A stretch of 63,286 bases of DNA, filler included, from Rhabdomonas costata (taxonomy: Eukaryota): assembly GCA_019059605.1 (NCBI GenBank). It is 37 parts of 37 records of this genome, joined end to end, with 100 filler letters (N's around TTAATTAATTAA, not from the genome) between each part and the next. Parts side by side here need not be neighbours in the genome. Positions count along the whole stretch, not along the records: positions 1 to 1,615 come from JAHMHO010011963.1; positions 1,716 to 3,330 come from JAHMHO010011964.1; positions 3,431 to 5,045 come from JAHMHO010011965.1; positions 5,146 to 6,757 come from JAHMHO010011966.1; positions 6,858 to 8,472 come from JAHMHO010011967.1; positions 8,573 to 10,187 come from JAHMHO010011968.1; positions 10,288 to 11,901 come from JAHMHO010011969.1; positions 12,002 to 13,616 come from JAHMHO010011970.1; 29 more parts are not named here. One strand, 5' to 3'. The position numbers were made by a program, and so were the translations under genes. The notes beneath the pieces were generated by a model. That model was not told where the DNA came from, ran no database searches, and was given only the letters and a program-made list of their open reading frames with translations. Positions 1 to 12,928 of the stretch are shown in pieces; position 1 is the first letter of the stretch, and each line of letters starts with the position of its first letter.

Positions 1-1323
1 GTTGTGGTGTGGAAGGGATGCCAATATTCCGCCCGAGTCTCCTTCGCTTCAGTCCGAGTCCTGCACGCTAATTTTGGGTTACTCCACTCCTATTGTCGAG
101 GGTGTACTGCTTTCGGACGATTCTTCCGCTCCATCGTTGCTATGTCATAGTACCCTTGTTGAATAGATCTCCGAACACTGATTCATGTTTTTTTTGTGAT
201 AGTCACCTATGCTCTCACCTCAGCAAAACTGTGAGAAGGGAACGGAGATGTTTCATTTTTTTCTTTCTTTCTTGCTTCTTCTTTTTTCTTGCTTCGTTGA
301 CCGCGTGGCGTGAAAACCAAGTCTCAAAGGCAGTCTTCCATTTCCATTCTTCTGGGCGCGGATGATGCATTACCACTTACTTTGGTGCTCCGCCTTGTTT
401 GTGCTGTGGGTGATGATGATTAATTTTCTGTACTGTACGTTCTGGAACAGTGGTGTCCATGACCAAGGTTGTGCACTGATTTATTTTTGTGTCCAGTCAG
501 AAGAATGAGTGAAACTGATTTGCTCGGTGGAGTACCTATGAAACAGTCACAAGAGCGCATTTAACTCTGTGGCCTGTTTACCACGTGACGAACACGTTTT
601 CTGTGATAATCATCATAATCATCGGGTCGGCTGTATTCGAAAAGAGAAAGAAGCGTGATATTGTTATGTTTGGCTTGGGTCGCTTCATATTGCTTTCACC
701 AAACCGCATCCGAACTGCACCGAAAAAGGCGTCTGTGAAAATTGCACGGGATTGCATGGCTCCAGCGGTTTCCGCATCGCGAAGGTCGGGAGTTTTCTGT
801 CATTATGGGATGACATTGAGCAAGCAATCATGTGTTTGGACTGTGAAAGTGTGTTACCAAGTGTGTCCTCAAGAAGCCGTAGCCACAGTACAGGTGCACT
901 AAAACACCTGGAGATGGTTCTGTTTGTTTCTTTTTTACTTTGTCTTTTTATTTCACCACAATCGCCGGAAAGGTAACAATTCTGGCGTACAGTAAATGTT
1001 GCGGCACGTCGGCGATGGAATGAGCAGAAGAGTGTGCCAAGGTTTGGCAAAAAGCTGCTGCGCATTAAACTTAGAAGATAATCCCCTCCCCCACAAAGAG
1101 CAATGCACCGTCCTTCATCAGGCAAATGGGTCTTTCCTTTTTCAGATTTGTTCCACTGCAGCTCTCTTTTCACACCTACTTGCCGAGTAAGACCTTTTCT
1201 TCCTTCCTTTTCTCTCCCCTCCCCCTCCCTTTTGCATACCTTGGAGGTGCGTGCGTTCGCGTGCGGATGTGTGGTTGGTGGCTGGGTGTGTAAACGGTCG
1301 CCTCTTGCTTTTGCCCCTTTCCC

Positions 1324-1590
1324 ATGGCGTTCGCCATGTTGAGCTTGGCGAGCTGTCTCGCCCTTCTGGCCGACGCGGCGGTGACCCTGATCTCGCCCTC
1401 CACGCTGAGCGGCGCCGGCTCCACACTTGTGCAGCCCCTTGCACAACACCTCGCCACGACTTTCATCGGGGCCCCGTTCACCGTCTCCTACACGGGCAAT
1501 GGCAGCGGGGCAGGCAAAGCCGCCCTGGAGGCAGGCCAGTATGACTTCGCGTGCTCGGAGGCGGCCTTAACCGCAGAGGAGATCCACACA
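1324..1590 (+). CDS. Secreted PstS-like phosphate-binding (PBP) domain protein, N-terminal part (3' truncated)
   Basis: A hydrophobic signal-like N-terminus is followed by LSGAGSTLVQP...VSYTGNGSGAGK...YDFACSEAALT, which matches the PstS pattern GAGxT...Y...GSGxG...DFxxSxxxL. Confidence 0.8.
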
Positions 1591-1615
1591 CACCCAAACA
1601 CACCCACCAACAACC

Positions 1616-1715
1616 NNNNNNNNNNNNNNNNNNNNNNNNNNNNNNNNNNNNNNNNNNNNTTAATTAATTAANNNNNNNNNNNNNNNNNNNNNNNNNNNNN
1701 NNNNNNNNNNNNNNN
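1616..1715. other. Artificial contig linker N44-TTAATTAATTAA-N44 (first of 36; recurs about every 1.71 kb)
   Basis: The same 100-nt spacer, with stops in all six frames, separates size-sorted contigs of about 1.61 kb. Confidence 0.99.
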
Positions 1716-3076
1716 ATGCGTTGAGAACCCAACCTGCATCGAGATGTATCAGTGCGCCCTTCGACTTGGCCTCCGCGCGACTCTTGAGGTTTCCCTTTCT
1801 GCCGAAACTTCCAAAGAAAAACGGAATCTCGAGCTCCGTTTCTTTTTTGGTATGGGCCAAAGTGCGGAAAAGTTTGCTGAGTTTTGAAAGTAACTAAGTT
1901 TTGGTTTTAAATGGGGTTTGTAATTTTCATGGTAAATGGAAAAATGCAAGAAGTTTGAAACGAAACGAACAGAAATCATATGCCCGTTACTGAGTCGACG
2001 TTTAACCTTGCTTAGATGCTTTTTGCATATGCCGCAATGAGCCATGGTGTATTTAATTCCACAGGGTGGGGGTTAAAACATCAGCGAGTTGCTGGCAGGC
2101 CTCTCTTGGCCTCTCTTCTCTTCTCATGCTTTCTTGCGATTTCGTGTCTATTGAAGGGTAGGGAAGCTGGAGTCTGATGGCCTGCATTGCATAGATCATG
2201 CCTTTCCCACCCCCCGAGCCCACATTCCGGTACTCCTTAAATGGAAATGGTTTTCCCTGGAATCAATGAAACCAAAACTTTTGTCTTCTTTCCTGAGAAA
2301 GTGGTGTCTCCTCCCCAACCGCAGCTCGGCGGTGGGGAAGGCGGAATATCAGTAAATGGCAAGCGGGTGAGCGGTTCCCAGCGTTATCACTGTGAAGATT
2401 CAATGAGATCTTTGATTTTGGTTTTCATTATTGCATTTTGGTCCATTTGATTCTGTGTTTGGAAAATTGTTTACACAGAATATGTCATTTTCTTTATAAA
2501 AAAGAATTTCTTACCAATCAGTATGGTGGTCACATTTCTCGGTATGCTCTCGTGTTTCTTGTTGGGGGAATGTGCTTGTAAGATACAGAAGAAGTACCCC
2601 AGGGACGCCTTCACCACCCCCGGGCGGATTCGCGTACAAATCAAAGACTCCTCGAAGCGCATGATCCCAAAGAGCGAGTTTGACACGGCCAGACATCCTC
2701 CCATGAACCCGGAATTCCCCACCAGTATGCATCTGCAGGAGGGCAACCTGCGTGGATGTTCTCTCTCATTGTGCACTTCTGTGTCGATATTTTGTGTTGC
2801 CAAGCCCGGCCCTTGTTTTGAAATTATGCCATTGTTGAGCTGCAACATGCATTTTCGAATCCAACAAAGGCTGTTGAGTTCTCGTGCTTCTCGTCCTTGT
2901 GTGGGTGTTCCTTCCCAGAGGATGCGGTGCTGGGCCGGATCGCCTCCCTGATCCCCCAACTGCGAGCCTCCGCGAAGACGGAGGTGACGTCCTCCTCTGC
3001 TGCCGCGGCTACTCCAGCTGGCTCCGCGGCAAAGCAGTCCGCAAATCCCAAGAAGGGGAAGAAGAAGGGGAAATGA
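1716..3076 (+). CDS. SRP19: Signal recognition particle 19 kDa subunit, 5' partial; exons 1716-1788, 2589-2724, 2919-3076
   Basis: The spliced translation CVENPTCIEMYQCALRLGLRATLE|KKYPRDAFTTPGRIRVQIK...EFPT|KDAVLGRIASLIPQLR...KKGKKKGK* matches the SRP19 motifs VENPT, KxYPRD and GRxRVQ and its basic tail. The GT-AG introns are in compatible phases. Confidence 0.93.
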
Positions 3077-3821
3077 GGCGTAGTCTACTTCCGTGAGCCG
3101 CAGCCACAAATGGGAGGTTCGGGGATTAGCTTGTAGAACGGTGACGCTTTTGGGCCATCGTACTGTGGACAGACTGTACTTGTGTTGTCGCTGCGACCAT
3201 CGTTGGTGTGACGTTTGGGGGTTGCTCATCTGCTAAACGTTTTCGCCTGCGCTTTTGTGTTAACGAAGAATTGGAGGTATTACAGCTATTTTTAGTAGAA
3301 GCGCTTCGACATTTTGTACCCCCCCCCCACNNNNNNNNNNNNNNNNNNNNNNNNNNNNNNNNNNNNNNNNNNNNTTAATTAATTAANNNNNNNNNNNNNN
3401 NNNNNNNNNNNNNNNNNNNNNNNNNNNNNNGGTTGGGGGTTCATGTACTGTAAGAGAAAGACAGCTCATCCGTAAATGAACCCCAAACCGCGAAGTTTCA
3501 AAGTGGTAGGGCACACATCACCTTAAAAGTGACAGAATATGCAAACATCAAACAGTCAAAACTTTTAGGAAAGTTTTGCATCAAAAGGAACAGTTTCCTT
3601 CAACAGCCTTGAAGCAATCACATTCAGCATAATATGGGGGATCCAGAGAAGCACAGCTGTTTTTCCGGTACCAAAACGGTACCCAGCCCAATATCTGACA
3701 TTGGTGACACATATCAAGGATGTCGGCGAACCTGCTTGGGGAAAAACCGCAGCAAAAAGAGAACTCCAATTTTGTCCGCATCTGCACTGAGTGTCCAGAG
3801 CGCGATGTCAAACAAAAGAAC

Positions 3822-4418
3822 CTCCAAGATTGCCTTGGCGTCATCTCTTTGCTCAGCCTTCAGCTTCTTGGTCACCCCCAGAGCCTCCCCAGCTTCGCAT
3901 ACGTAGTACTCCAAATCCTCGTTCTCGCCTGCGACACGTAATAAAACACACACATAGAGGGTTTGGAGGAGAAAACAAACATGCACCATTGCGTGCGAAG
4001 AGACAGAGAAAAGGTGTACCCGTGCAAGCTTGTCTGTCATATCTTCAGCATTGTTAACTCATGCATTGCTGGCTGTGCAGTTTTCACTTGGTATCTCCAG
4101 TTTGGGTTTGTCCAAGAGTCAGAGAGGTTCGCAGAACAGAGGAGTTCGCAGAACAACTCAAAAAATAAAGTAACGGGGAACCAACACAGGAAGCTCGACG
4201 CACGTGCAGCCAAGCGTTGAGGGGGGAACTAAGTTGGAAAGTGGGTTTCTGCAAAATTAGAAGCAGAAAGCAGCACATTTGTTCGTGAGGTAAGCCAGCC
4301 TAGCCTTCTCCGTTGCGAAGTGCTCATCCAGGTCGAAGAGGTCCAGGGCAGGCGGAGGGGGCTCGCGGTGCGTGGGCGGAAACACCGACGGGAACAGTGG
4401 TGGCAGCGGGGTTTCAAA
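3822..4418 (-). CDS. IFT52: Intraflagellar transport protein 52, C-terminal exons 4418-4277 and 3928-3822
   Basis: FETPLPPLFPSVFPPTHREPPPPALDLFDLDEHFATEKARLAYLTNK|CENEDLEYYVCEAGEALGVTKKL...DAKAILE is the conserved IFT52 C-terminus. The intron is a phase-1 GT-AG. Confidence 0.93.
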
Positions 4419-5492
4419 CTGCGAGTGTGCGTAGGGTGAATACTTGAGGACTAACACACACAAACGCACACGCGTTAGCACACGCAGGTGTCCACAAGAG
4501 AGAAGGAGAGAAGGAGAGCCTGGCTTCACGCTCACTGGGCACAGAAAACTGAACGGGTTGCAAAACAGGTAGCCCAATGAATGGGGCGGGGGTTTGTCCG
4601 CAGCATTGCTTTCCATTGGACACACACGATAAAAATGATGCGCCGCTCTCTTGGACCACGTTTCCACCACCATCCACCGGTCCGGCGGCTTCACCCAGCC
4701 GAAGCGCTCACCTCCGCTCCTTAACGCTGCTGTGCTCGCAGTCAGTCAAAGCCCAACAAAAGGCCACCATTTAATTTTTCTCCTTCTTAAACCAAAAAAG
4801 AAGGAAACATCATACACAGTCAGCACAACACCCCGATATTTGCATTATTTCGAGAGCGATGCCACAACCCTCTTCTGGTTGTCTGGTGAAATGACGACAA
4901 CCCCCCCCCCTCCCTTGTTGAAATTTGGTTGCATTCCTTGGCCTGTACGCCTGTGCGTGTTTGTTAGCATTTCCTTTCTTTCAGAGAAACCGTTGCGGAG
5001 GGCGTTAAGAACAGTAATCAAGTTGCGTTTTTCGTTGCAAACCAANNNNNNNNNNNNNNNNNNNNNNNNNNNNNNNNNNNNNNNNNNNNTTAATTAATTA
5101 ANNNNNNNNNNNNNNNNNNNNNNNNNNNNNNNNNNNNNNNNNNNNGGTTTGTGGTGTTACAAGTGGAGTTGGGTTGCTCAAGGCTATGGGCTTTGTTTCT
5201 CGCCTGTCCGAAAACGCAAAGTTCCGGGGTTCAGGAAAAGACGGACCTAATGCCTAATAAGGCGAAAGAGAGCTTTACAGCGCAGAGATCCTGCCCTTGG
5301 AGTAGAAAAATTGGCAGAGGGGTTGCATTGCCCAGCGATAAGTCCGGGGGGGGGGGCTCGCCACGATCACGCCCCAGCCGCCCGCTCCAGCCGTTGGCAA
5401 GTTGGCCAGTTTTCAGGGTGTCAGTGGTATCAGTTGCCCCTTCCCCCAAATGTCAATCGCCCTCATTCATAAAGTGCCGGGGAAGAGTCCAA

Positions 5493-5675
5493 ATTGTGGT
5501 TGGAGTCCGGTACAAAACGATGCTCAACAATGTCTCGTCCCCGAGTTCGACCTGCTGGGCATCCCGCTAAACCGGGTCTGGTTTCAGCAGGACGGGGCAG
5601 CACCACACAAAACACGTGGGGTGCTGACCCGTTTGAGGAACGTTTCCCACAGCGTTTTCAGCTTGGATTACATGG
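5493..5675 (+). mobile_element. Degenerate Tc1/mariner-superfamily transposase fragment (frameshifted)
   Basis: VVGVRYKTML is followed in another frame by LVPEFDLLGIPLNRVWFQQDGAAPH, the WFQQDGAxxH motif around the second catalytic Asp. Confidence 0.7.
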
Positions 5676-8580
5676 TGCATGTAAAGCCGCAGCAGCCTCC
5701 ATCTCGATTTCCGTGTGCAGTCCGCCGATGTGTTCCGCCACAGTTGCTGACCAGTTCCGGTCAGCGACCATGGAACCCTGGCTCTCGGTTTGCGCTCGCT
5801 CGTCATTGCAGGGGCTTCTGCGGGTCCTGCAGGGGGCGGGTATGCCCTGTCTTGTGCGGTTTCCACGGCTAGCCCGGCAGGGTGAGCGCTTCTGCAGTGG
5901 TTCTTTGGGTTTGAGGAATGGGGTTTGGAATAAATCCAACGGGGGCCGCAGCACTTCCCCTTTTCCCTCTTCCCGCCCTTTCCCTCTCTTGGAACGCAAC
6001 CCCTCTTACGGTGCACTGTGTGCTTTTTGGGATGAGAGGTTCTCTTTTGTTCGCGTAATTCTGGCTGCCGGATGTATTTATTAGGGGTTCTATTATAATC
6101 TATTTTATGGGGAAAGTACACGTTTTTCTTTCCCAGGCATTTTGGAGGGGTGAGAATCTCGAGGGAAGGGGGGGGGACCTCTCTCTTGCACATGTCACAG
6201 ATATGTGCTTGGTGTAAGGGTGGTTTCTTTGCTGCGGGTTGGGTTTGTATTCCTTCCTTTTTCCTTTCTGGGGCTCTGCACACTTGCAGTAACCTGCAGT
6301 GGGATGTTTGCGCGGGGGGGGTGCCGTGGTGCCCCCCCTTCCTTTATGTGCACTCTCAACTAATCGCCCTTCTTTGGGTTCCACCAGATGGCGCTGGGGC
6401 GCTGCTTATTGGGACGAGAGTTGTTGCTGACTGTTGCGCAGTGTCCAAAAAAATTCCAACGCTGCTCTACGCTTGAGTATTTTTCCGCTTCCACACGCAT
6501 CCACACTTCTTATTATCAGCTCATCCGCAGCTTGGGGACCTTTCTTCTTTTGTTCTGAAGAACGCTTTTGCCCCCAAGTTGGCGCAAGCCCCCCCCCCTC
6601 TCTCCCTGATTCTGACCACAACCATACCTTTGGGGTCAGCCTTGCAACCGTGGGTGGTTTGCAGAGAGAGAAGAGAAGACGCCTGTACTCGTGTTCTCGG
6701 TTCCTTTTTTCTTACCAGTGTTCATGGCGTGAGACGGGGTGGTCAGAAAAAAACAACNNNNNNNNNNNNNNNNNNNNNNNNNNNNNNNNNNNNNNNNNNN
6801 NTTAATTAATTAANNNNNNNNNNNNNNNNNNNNNNNNNNNNNNNNNNNNNNNNNNNNTTTTTGTCTGTTTGTAGCTCGAGTCGCTCCACCTCTGGGAACA
6901 TCGGCTCCCGTTTTCCAGCTCGCCAACACGTTCCCCTTCTTCCCTGCGGGACGTGTAAAGCCCTCCAGTGCGGCTCCAGCCTTTCTCCATTCACCATCGT
7001 CCATCGTTGTTCCGCACTGGGAATGTCTTCCTGACCTTTCTTCTCTCGTGCGGAAATCTCCATCCATCCCGATTTTGCCCCCTCCCTCCTCTCGGACATG
7101 TCACTCCCGTTTCAGTCATTTAGATTGCTTTCCCCTTCCAATCTCTAGCGTCCCTTCTTGTTTTGTTTGTTTGTGCGTGTTTCAAGTTTCCTTTCTTTTC
7201 CGTTGCGTTTCTTCTTGTAACATCGGTCTGTTTGGTACTGACTCTGCAACTGCAAGAACTTTTGCATCGCGGTGCTGTGATTTGTTGGTTTCAAAAAAAA
7301 AACTTGCCTTGTGACACGACTGTTCGGTTGGCTCCTCCGTTTAAAGCGGCACTGAATGATGAGCACTGCGAGGGAACAAAGACAGCCACACCGCATGTGC
7401 ATGCGAAAACAGATAAAGTGGAGCGAGCAGGTTTCCCAAAACCAGCCTGTGATCACTGCGTTGCAAAAGAGTTGGTTGGCCATACTTCAGAGCTCCAGAG
7501 ACACACGGACAATTCCCTTTCAACGCTTGGATCACCGCAGCAAATCTATCTTTCTTTATTTTGTTGCCGCTTGTAAGTTACTTTTATGTCCATATCGACC
7601 TTTCTCCGCATCCTCCTATTTGAACCCTACACTTATCAAGCGACCAATATGTTGTTCCTGGGACACGGCCCGTCTGTGCCACGAACCATGCTATAATGCA
7701 AGCCACAGGCTGGCGACACTGGACAAGTCCGAAACAGAGCCATCCGCCCTCCCCCTTCGAATGCTCGGAAGAAGCCACTCCCATAGCAACCACTGTAGGA
7801 CACATACACGGACATGTAAGATTACCTTCCACAATGAAGCTGTGGACGCCCCATAAGGGCCCCACTCACGAACCAACCGCAAAGGGCAAGGGCTAGGCTG
7901 GGCTAATAACTCACAACCACAGAGACGTACAAGATCCCTGAAAAGCCCTCCCCCGATAAACCACGAAAGAAAAAAGAGCTTCAGAAGGGCTTTCCGGAAA
8001 GCACACCCGAACCGTGAACACATTTCCCCAGAGGAACCAAGAAAGTGAACGAGCGAGAGATTGAGCGGGAGTTGCACAGGTTCCCATCGCAACAGCGGAC
8101 CACACAAAGTTCTGAGGAAGCCATGGGTCAGAGCCCATCGAACGCCTCATAGAGAGCCCGCCAGGGTTGCCAGGCCGGGCCGGACGATGTGAGAGGATCT
8201 TGAGGCGGTGACCTTAGGGAGGGACTTCTCTGGGGACCTCTCCAAGCTGCCGTCAGCCCTCGCCGAGGGCTCGGTCCGCGGCCGTATGAGGTACCTAAGG
8301 GGAGAAACATAGACCCCCACAGCCCCAGGAAATAGAGATGGGTGGACAAAGGTTACGTTCTCTGGGGTGACCCCAGAGGAATAGTAAGTTTTATGCAGGC
8401 CAGCAGTCACGGCTGCTGAAAGGCCCCCACTCACTCTATCAGTCCCGCACAGTTTCAGGTAACAACCAACAANNNNNNNNNNNNNNNNNNNNNNNNNNNN
8501 NNNNNNNNNNNNNNNNTTAATTAATTAANNNNNNNNNNNNNNNNNNNNNNNNNNNNNNNNNNNNNNNNNNNNTGTTTTTG

Positions 8581-8741
8581 GGTCATTCGCGTGTGCTTTG
8601 AAGCAGTATTTGGCGGATTGTTTCCCCTGTTCCCACTTTCACTTGTTCTCCTAACAATTATACTAAAATGTGGTTTGCATTTCAGCAGTATTTTTAGGTC
8701 ATTCGCGTGTGCTTTGAAGCAGTATTTGACGGATTGTTTCC
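8581..8741 (+). repeat. 45-bp direct repeat (8581-8625 and 8697-8741, one mismatch)
   Basis: GGTCATTCGCGTGTGCTTTGAAGCAGTATTTGRCGGATTGTTTCC occurs twice, 116 bp apart. Confidence 0.85.
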
Positions 8742-10466
8742 TTCCAATGCGGTCCTGTCCTTCACCTTGAAATCCTCCGTCAAAGCCGTGCGGAGTACAT
8801 ATGTAGTTCGTGTGATCCCGCAATGTCGTTTCTTCCTCGAATTTCATTTTCTCCATGCGAATTAAGACTTATTGTGCGTTGCACCCGCTTCGGAAGTTTG
8901 TTCAGCGAATAAATCGATCATAAAAAAGAGGCAGACGAAAAACTGGGGGGGAAGCTGTGAAAAAGCCGTGATGAGAAACATGCGGTCTGATGCATTGGGG
9001 GGGGGGTTAAACGTTTTACCGTTGTTTAATCGTTTAGCACCCCTAAAAAATGCATCGGACCCTAACCACGTGTGCGAGGAAGCATGAAAAAACCGCGATA
9101 TGCATTGCAAGGTTGCGTTCACACGGAGTTCTGCTCGAGGGTTGTGTGTTGGCACCTCTCCCTGCTGACGTCTCTTCGCCTGTCTCGAAAAAGTCCTCCG
9201 CACCTCCATCCACACACGCACACCAAGAGAACAGCTTCGCATCAGCCAGATTAGCCAGCGCTCACGCAATAGCATTCCCTCCCGCATGTTTACCATTTGC
9301 TCTGCGTGGTTGTGGTGGCTTTAGTTATGGACACCTTCTACATCACTGCGGAGGAGATGGCAGTGGTTGAGCAAGAGAGCCCCTCGCCAAGCCCTCAAAC
9401 GCAGGCCAGCCCGCTCACCCCTTCTCGAATGCGCCACAATTGTCACGACAGGGGGTCGAAGCATTGCGTCTTTGTGGAATTCACCCCTGGGACCAGAGGA
9501 TTTGCAGGTTGAAAGCGAGGCACTTACTCTCGGTAACCACAAAAGTCACCGAGAAAAAGCAAACGCGGAAGGAAAACGGAGGTGAATGTTGTGTAGCTTG
9601 TCCTCATCCGTTTATGGATGTATATGCCCGATATTTTGCGCATAATAAGGGTGCGCGTAGAAGATGTTATTAACAAATTTCAAATTTCAGCGATTCCCTC
9701 TTCCATTTTGAATTCAGAAAACACGAAGAAAACACAGGTTTGGCGGCTCGACCCCTTTCATGGCGCAAAAGCGGCGCAATATCTCACGTAACCCTCTTTC
9801 GTATTTCTTTTTTGATGCTCCTAGATGCTTCGGATGCCATCTCCGCTGCGAAAAATGGGTGGAATGGGCTCTCCTGCAATGGGTTACTCTGGGAAGGAGA
9901 GCGCTCCTGGGTATTGCTGAATCTGCTGCTTTTGTCAACTCCCACTGCTGTCTCCCCATGCACTCCCAAATGCTGACACGGCTTTATATTCTGATGAATC
10001 CATGGATGGCAGTGGTCGTGAAGCTAGGGCGACCCGTGGACCTGAGGTCTGATCCCAACCCTCACGGTTGCAATCACCGCTGCACATGAGTATGCAGCCA
10101 GGTTCCAGAAGAAATAAAATATCGAAGAAACAAGAACCCATCGGTTGTCATGGAGCCCCACTCCGGCAGAAAAAGTGAGGGTCAAAANNNNNNNNNNNNN
10201 NNNNNNNNNNNNNNNNNNNNNNNNNNNNNNNTTAATTAATTAANNNNNNNNNNNNNNNNNNNNNNNNNNNNNNNNNNNNNNNNNNNNGGGATTTGGTACA
10301 TCCAGGGCATCCCTCGCCACCCTGTGGATCCAAAAAAAACCAATCAAGGGGAGACTTGTGAGGCGGGAGAGGTTTAGGGGGCCAGGAGTACCGAGATATT
10401 AACAAACGCTCCACGCCAAGAAGGGCATAGTACACGCCAATCCATTTACGACCCGAGAGGACCGAC

Positions 10467-11900
10467 CTGAGCATAGGTCAACCTGATTGACTGCAACAGC
10501 AGTGTCGCATTGAACGAGGAGAACAGCGACGGGAAATGGAGGCGGGCACGATTAGCTTCATTGGTTGATGGAGCATATGGCTAACAGCAGGAGGAGTGAG
10601 TCAAAAAGTAGCTGAAGACACAGCTACCCCCCCCCCCCCGGGGGGGGGGGGAAGACAACTTAGAAACGTGTGTGTGTTTGCGCAAAGGATGGTTATATAA
10701 AATGAGCCACATGGCCCATCATGAAAGCAAAAACCTTTGGCAGTGGGATGGCCACCTAGCTCAGGCACAGGCGCATATACCGAGACGTGGGAGAGGCTGG
10801 CGTTGAGCTGGATCTGCTGGAACACCATCTGGGTAATCTCAGCAGCGTTCAAGTCGAGTTGCAAGTCGCACTGGCCCCCTTGACTGCTGCTTCCCATGGA
10901 CTCTTCGGAAGAGCTCGAGTAACCCTGCTCAGAAGAGGAACCTTCACTTGCATACGATGCGCTTGACTCCAAAGAGCCCTCGCTTTCGCTGGAGGAGACC
11001 AGCTCTTGAGAGCTAAGACTGCTGGCAGAAGAGGGCTGCTCACCGGAGCTGACGCTGGCGCTGGGCACGCGTTGAGAGCTGCTAGATTCCGAAGTAGCTG
11101 AGCTGAGCTCTGAGGAACTGGAAGCAAGCGATTGGCTTGAGCTGGCCAGCGAAGCCCTGCTAGACGATTCCTGGTTGCTACTGAGGCTAGAGCTGGCCAG
11201 CGAAATGCTCGGAGCAGAGCTGGACTGCGCCAACGAACTTTGGCTGCTACCTGAACTCAGGCTTGACTCCGGCAGATAGGAACTGCTGCTACTGCTGCTG
11301 CCCAACCCACGCGAGCTAAGACTGTTGCTGTTGCTGCTTGATGAAAATTCGGGTGGTGTGTGGGAACTCTCGCTTCTGCTATTGCTGCCCACACTCGAGC
11401 TAACCATGGAGCTCTCCAGGGAGCTCTCACCACTTTCGCTGCTGCTCGCACTGTAGAGCGAGGGCTCGTGGGAGCCCGAGCCGCTACTAGTCGAGCTCGA
11501 CTGCGATGGCTGAGGAGGAGGCACGCTGCTGGATTCGGACGGAACGTTCCCTGAGCTTTCGGACTGAGACGACACCTGAATGCTGCTGCTCGACTGCGAG
11601 GGTACATGAGGAACAAAGCTTGAGCTCGAGGTGGACTGAGACGACTCGGGAGGAGACTGACTACTGCTGGAGAGAGACCCTGTCGTAGAGCTACCGCTGC
11701 TCGAGCTGAATTGAGAATTCTCATGAGAGCTGCTGCTTTCACTGGCGCCTGAGCTTGACTCCGATGGAACTGGAGGAACAACAGTGCTGCTGCTTTCATT
11801 CGCACCCGAGCTTGACTCCGATGGAACTGGAGGGACAACATTGCTGCTGCTTTCATTCGCACCCGAGCTAGACTCCGATGGAACTGGAGGGACAACAACC
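10467..11900 (-). CDS. Ser-rich mucin-like low-complexity protein, internal fragment; long exon from the contig end to about 10780 and a probable next exon 10580-10467
   Basis: One frame is open from 11900 and is very Ser-rich, then gives way to the non-repetitive QCDLQLDLNAAEITQMVFQQIQLNAS. A phase-0 AG/GT-bounded exon follows. Confidence 0.65.
11727..11898 (-). repeat. About 3 tandem 60-bp units encoding a 20-aa repeat close to VVPPVPSESSSGANESSSNV
   Basis: GACTCCGATGGAACTGGAGG recurs at 60-nt spacing. Confidence 0.85.
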
Positions 11901-12711
11901 CNNNNNNNNNNNNNNNNNNNNNNNNNNNNNNNNNNNNNNNNNNNNTTAATTAATTAANNNNNNNNNNNNNNNNNNNNNNNNNNNNNNNNNNNNNNNNNNN
12001 NTGTGTTAGGTGAGTTTAGACTTCGGGGGCGAGGTGCCTGCACCCCATGAACCCCATGACTGACTGAACACCCACCTATGCATACCTTTTGGAATGTTTT
12101 GAAAGATCAAAGTGCAGAGATGTTCTGGGCTCCACACAGAGCGATTTGGATGACAGCATAAGGAAAAATTTACATCCGAGAGCTGAAAAGATGAGTTCAT
12201 AAGAAGCAGGTATGGCACGGGTAGGAGAGGAAAAGAGCGTGAGCAGAAGGAAACAACGGGTGAGAGAGGGAGCGAGGGAGAGGGAGGAATAAAGAGGGTG
12301 AAAGAAAATTTGAAGAACTGAGGAGGACTGTGGGGAAAGAGGGAGAGAGAAGCGGTGGTGATCGTAAGAAGGAAACAGTGGATGATAAAGTTAGGAAGGA
12401 GAGGCTGAAGACGTGATGTGGCGATATCGCAGAGATGTTGCAGTACTTTGCGCGAGCTAGTAGTACCGATCGGGGCGGGTCAGGTCAGGACATCTTTTAA
12501 GTGGAGGTAACTCTCGAGTTTTTCGATCAAACGGGCGCGCACGAAGGTAGCGAAAACATGTGAGCAGAAGGGGCCCTCTAGGTTTCAGTGAAACGAACCT
12601 GCACATGACAACAGCAGCAAAAAGAAATGCTTGCAGTGTTTGCCTTCGAAAAGCTTCGAAAACCTCAAAATAATTCCCTTCTTCTTTTCTCTTTTTTCTT
12701 ATTCTGCACAG

Positions 12712-12928
12712 GACCTTGTCCCTCCCATCCCGTCGCCACTTTGCAGCCCCATCGCCCCGGCCGCCCCAGACCGTGTCCAGGCAGAAGCGGTCCCCTCAGC
12801 CGCGGCAGCTGCCCTAGCTGAGGCTGAGGCTGAGCTCGCGCGGCAGCAGCGGAGGGCAGAGAAGCAACCACGTCCCTATCACCACTCTCCTTCTCCACCG
12901 GGCTCGCCCCTGGAGCAGCCCCGAACAG
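12712..12928 (+). CDS. Probable internal exon of an unknown Pro/Ala-rich protein
   Basis: A polypyrimidine tract with CAG acceptor, a GC-rich open frame (DLVPPIPSP...AEAEAELARQQRR) and a CAG|GT donor. Confidence 0.4.

Noticed and set aside
685-1449. 254-aa minus-strand ORF and most other ORF-track entries
   Set aside because: They are shadow ORFs of GC-rich exons or chance frames in introns, with no motifs.
1616-1715. Regularly spaced TTAATTAATTAA as a repeat array or CRISPR
   Set aside because: It is an artificial six-frame-stop linker inside N runs.
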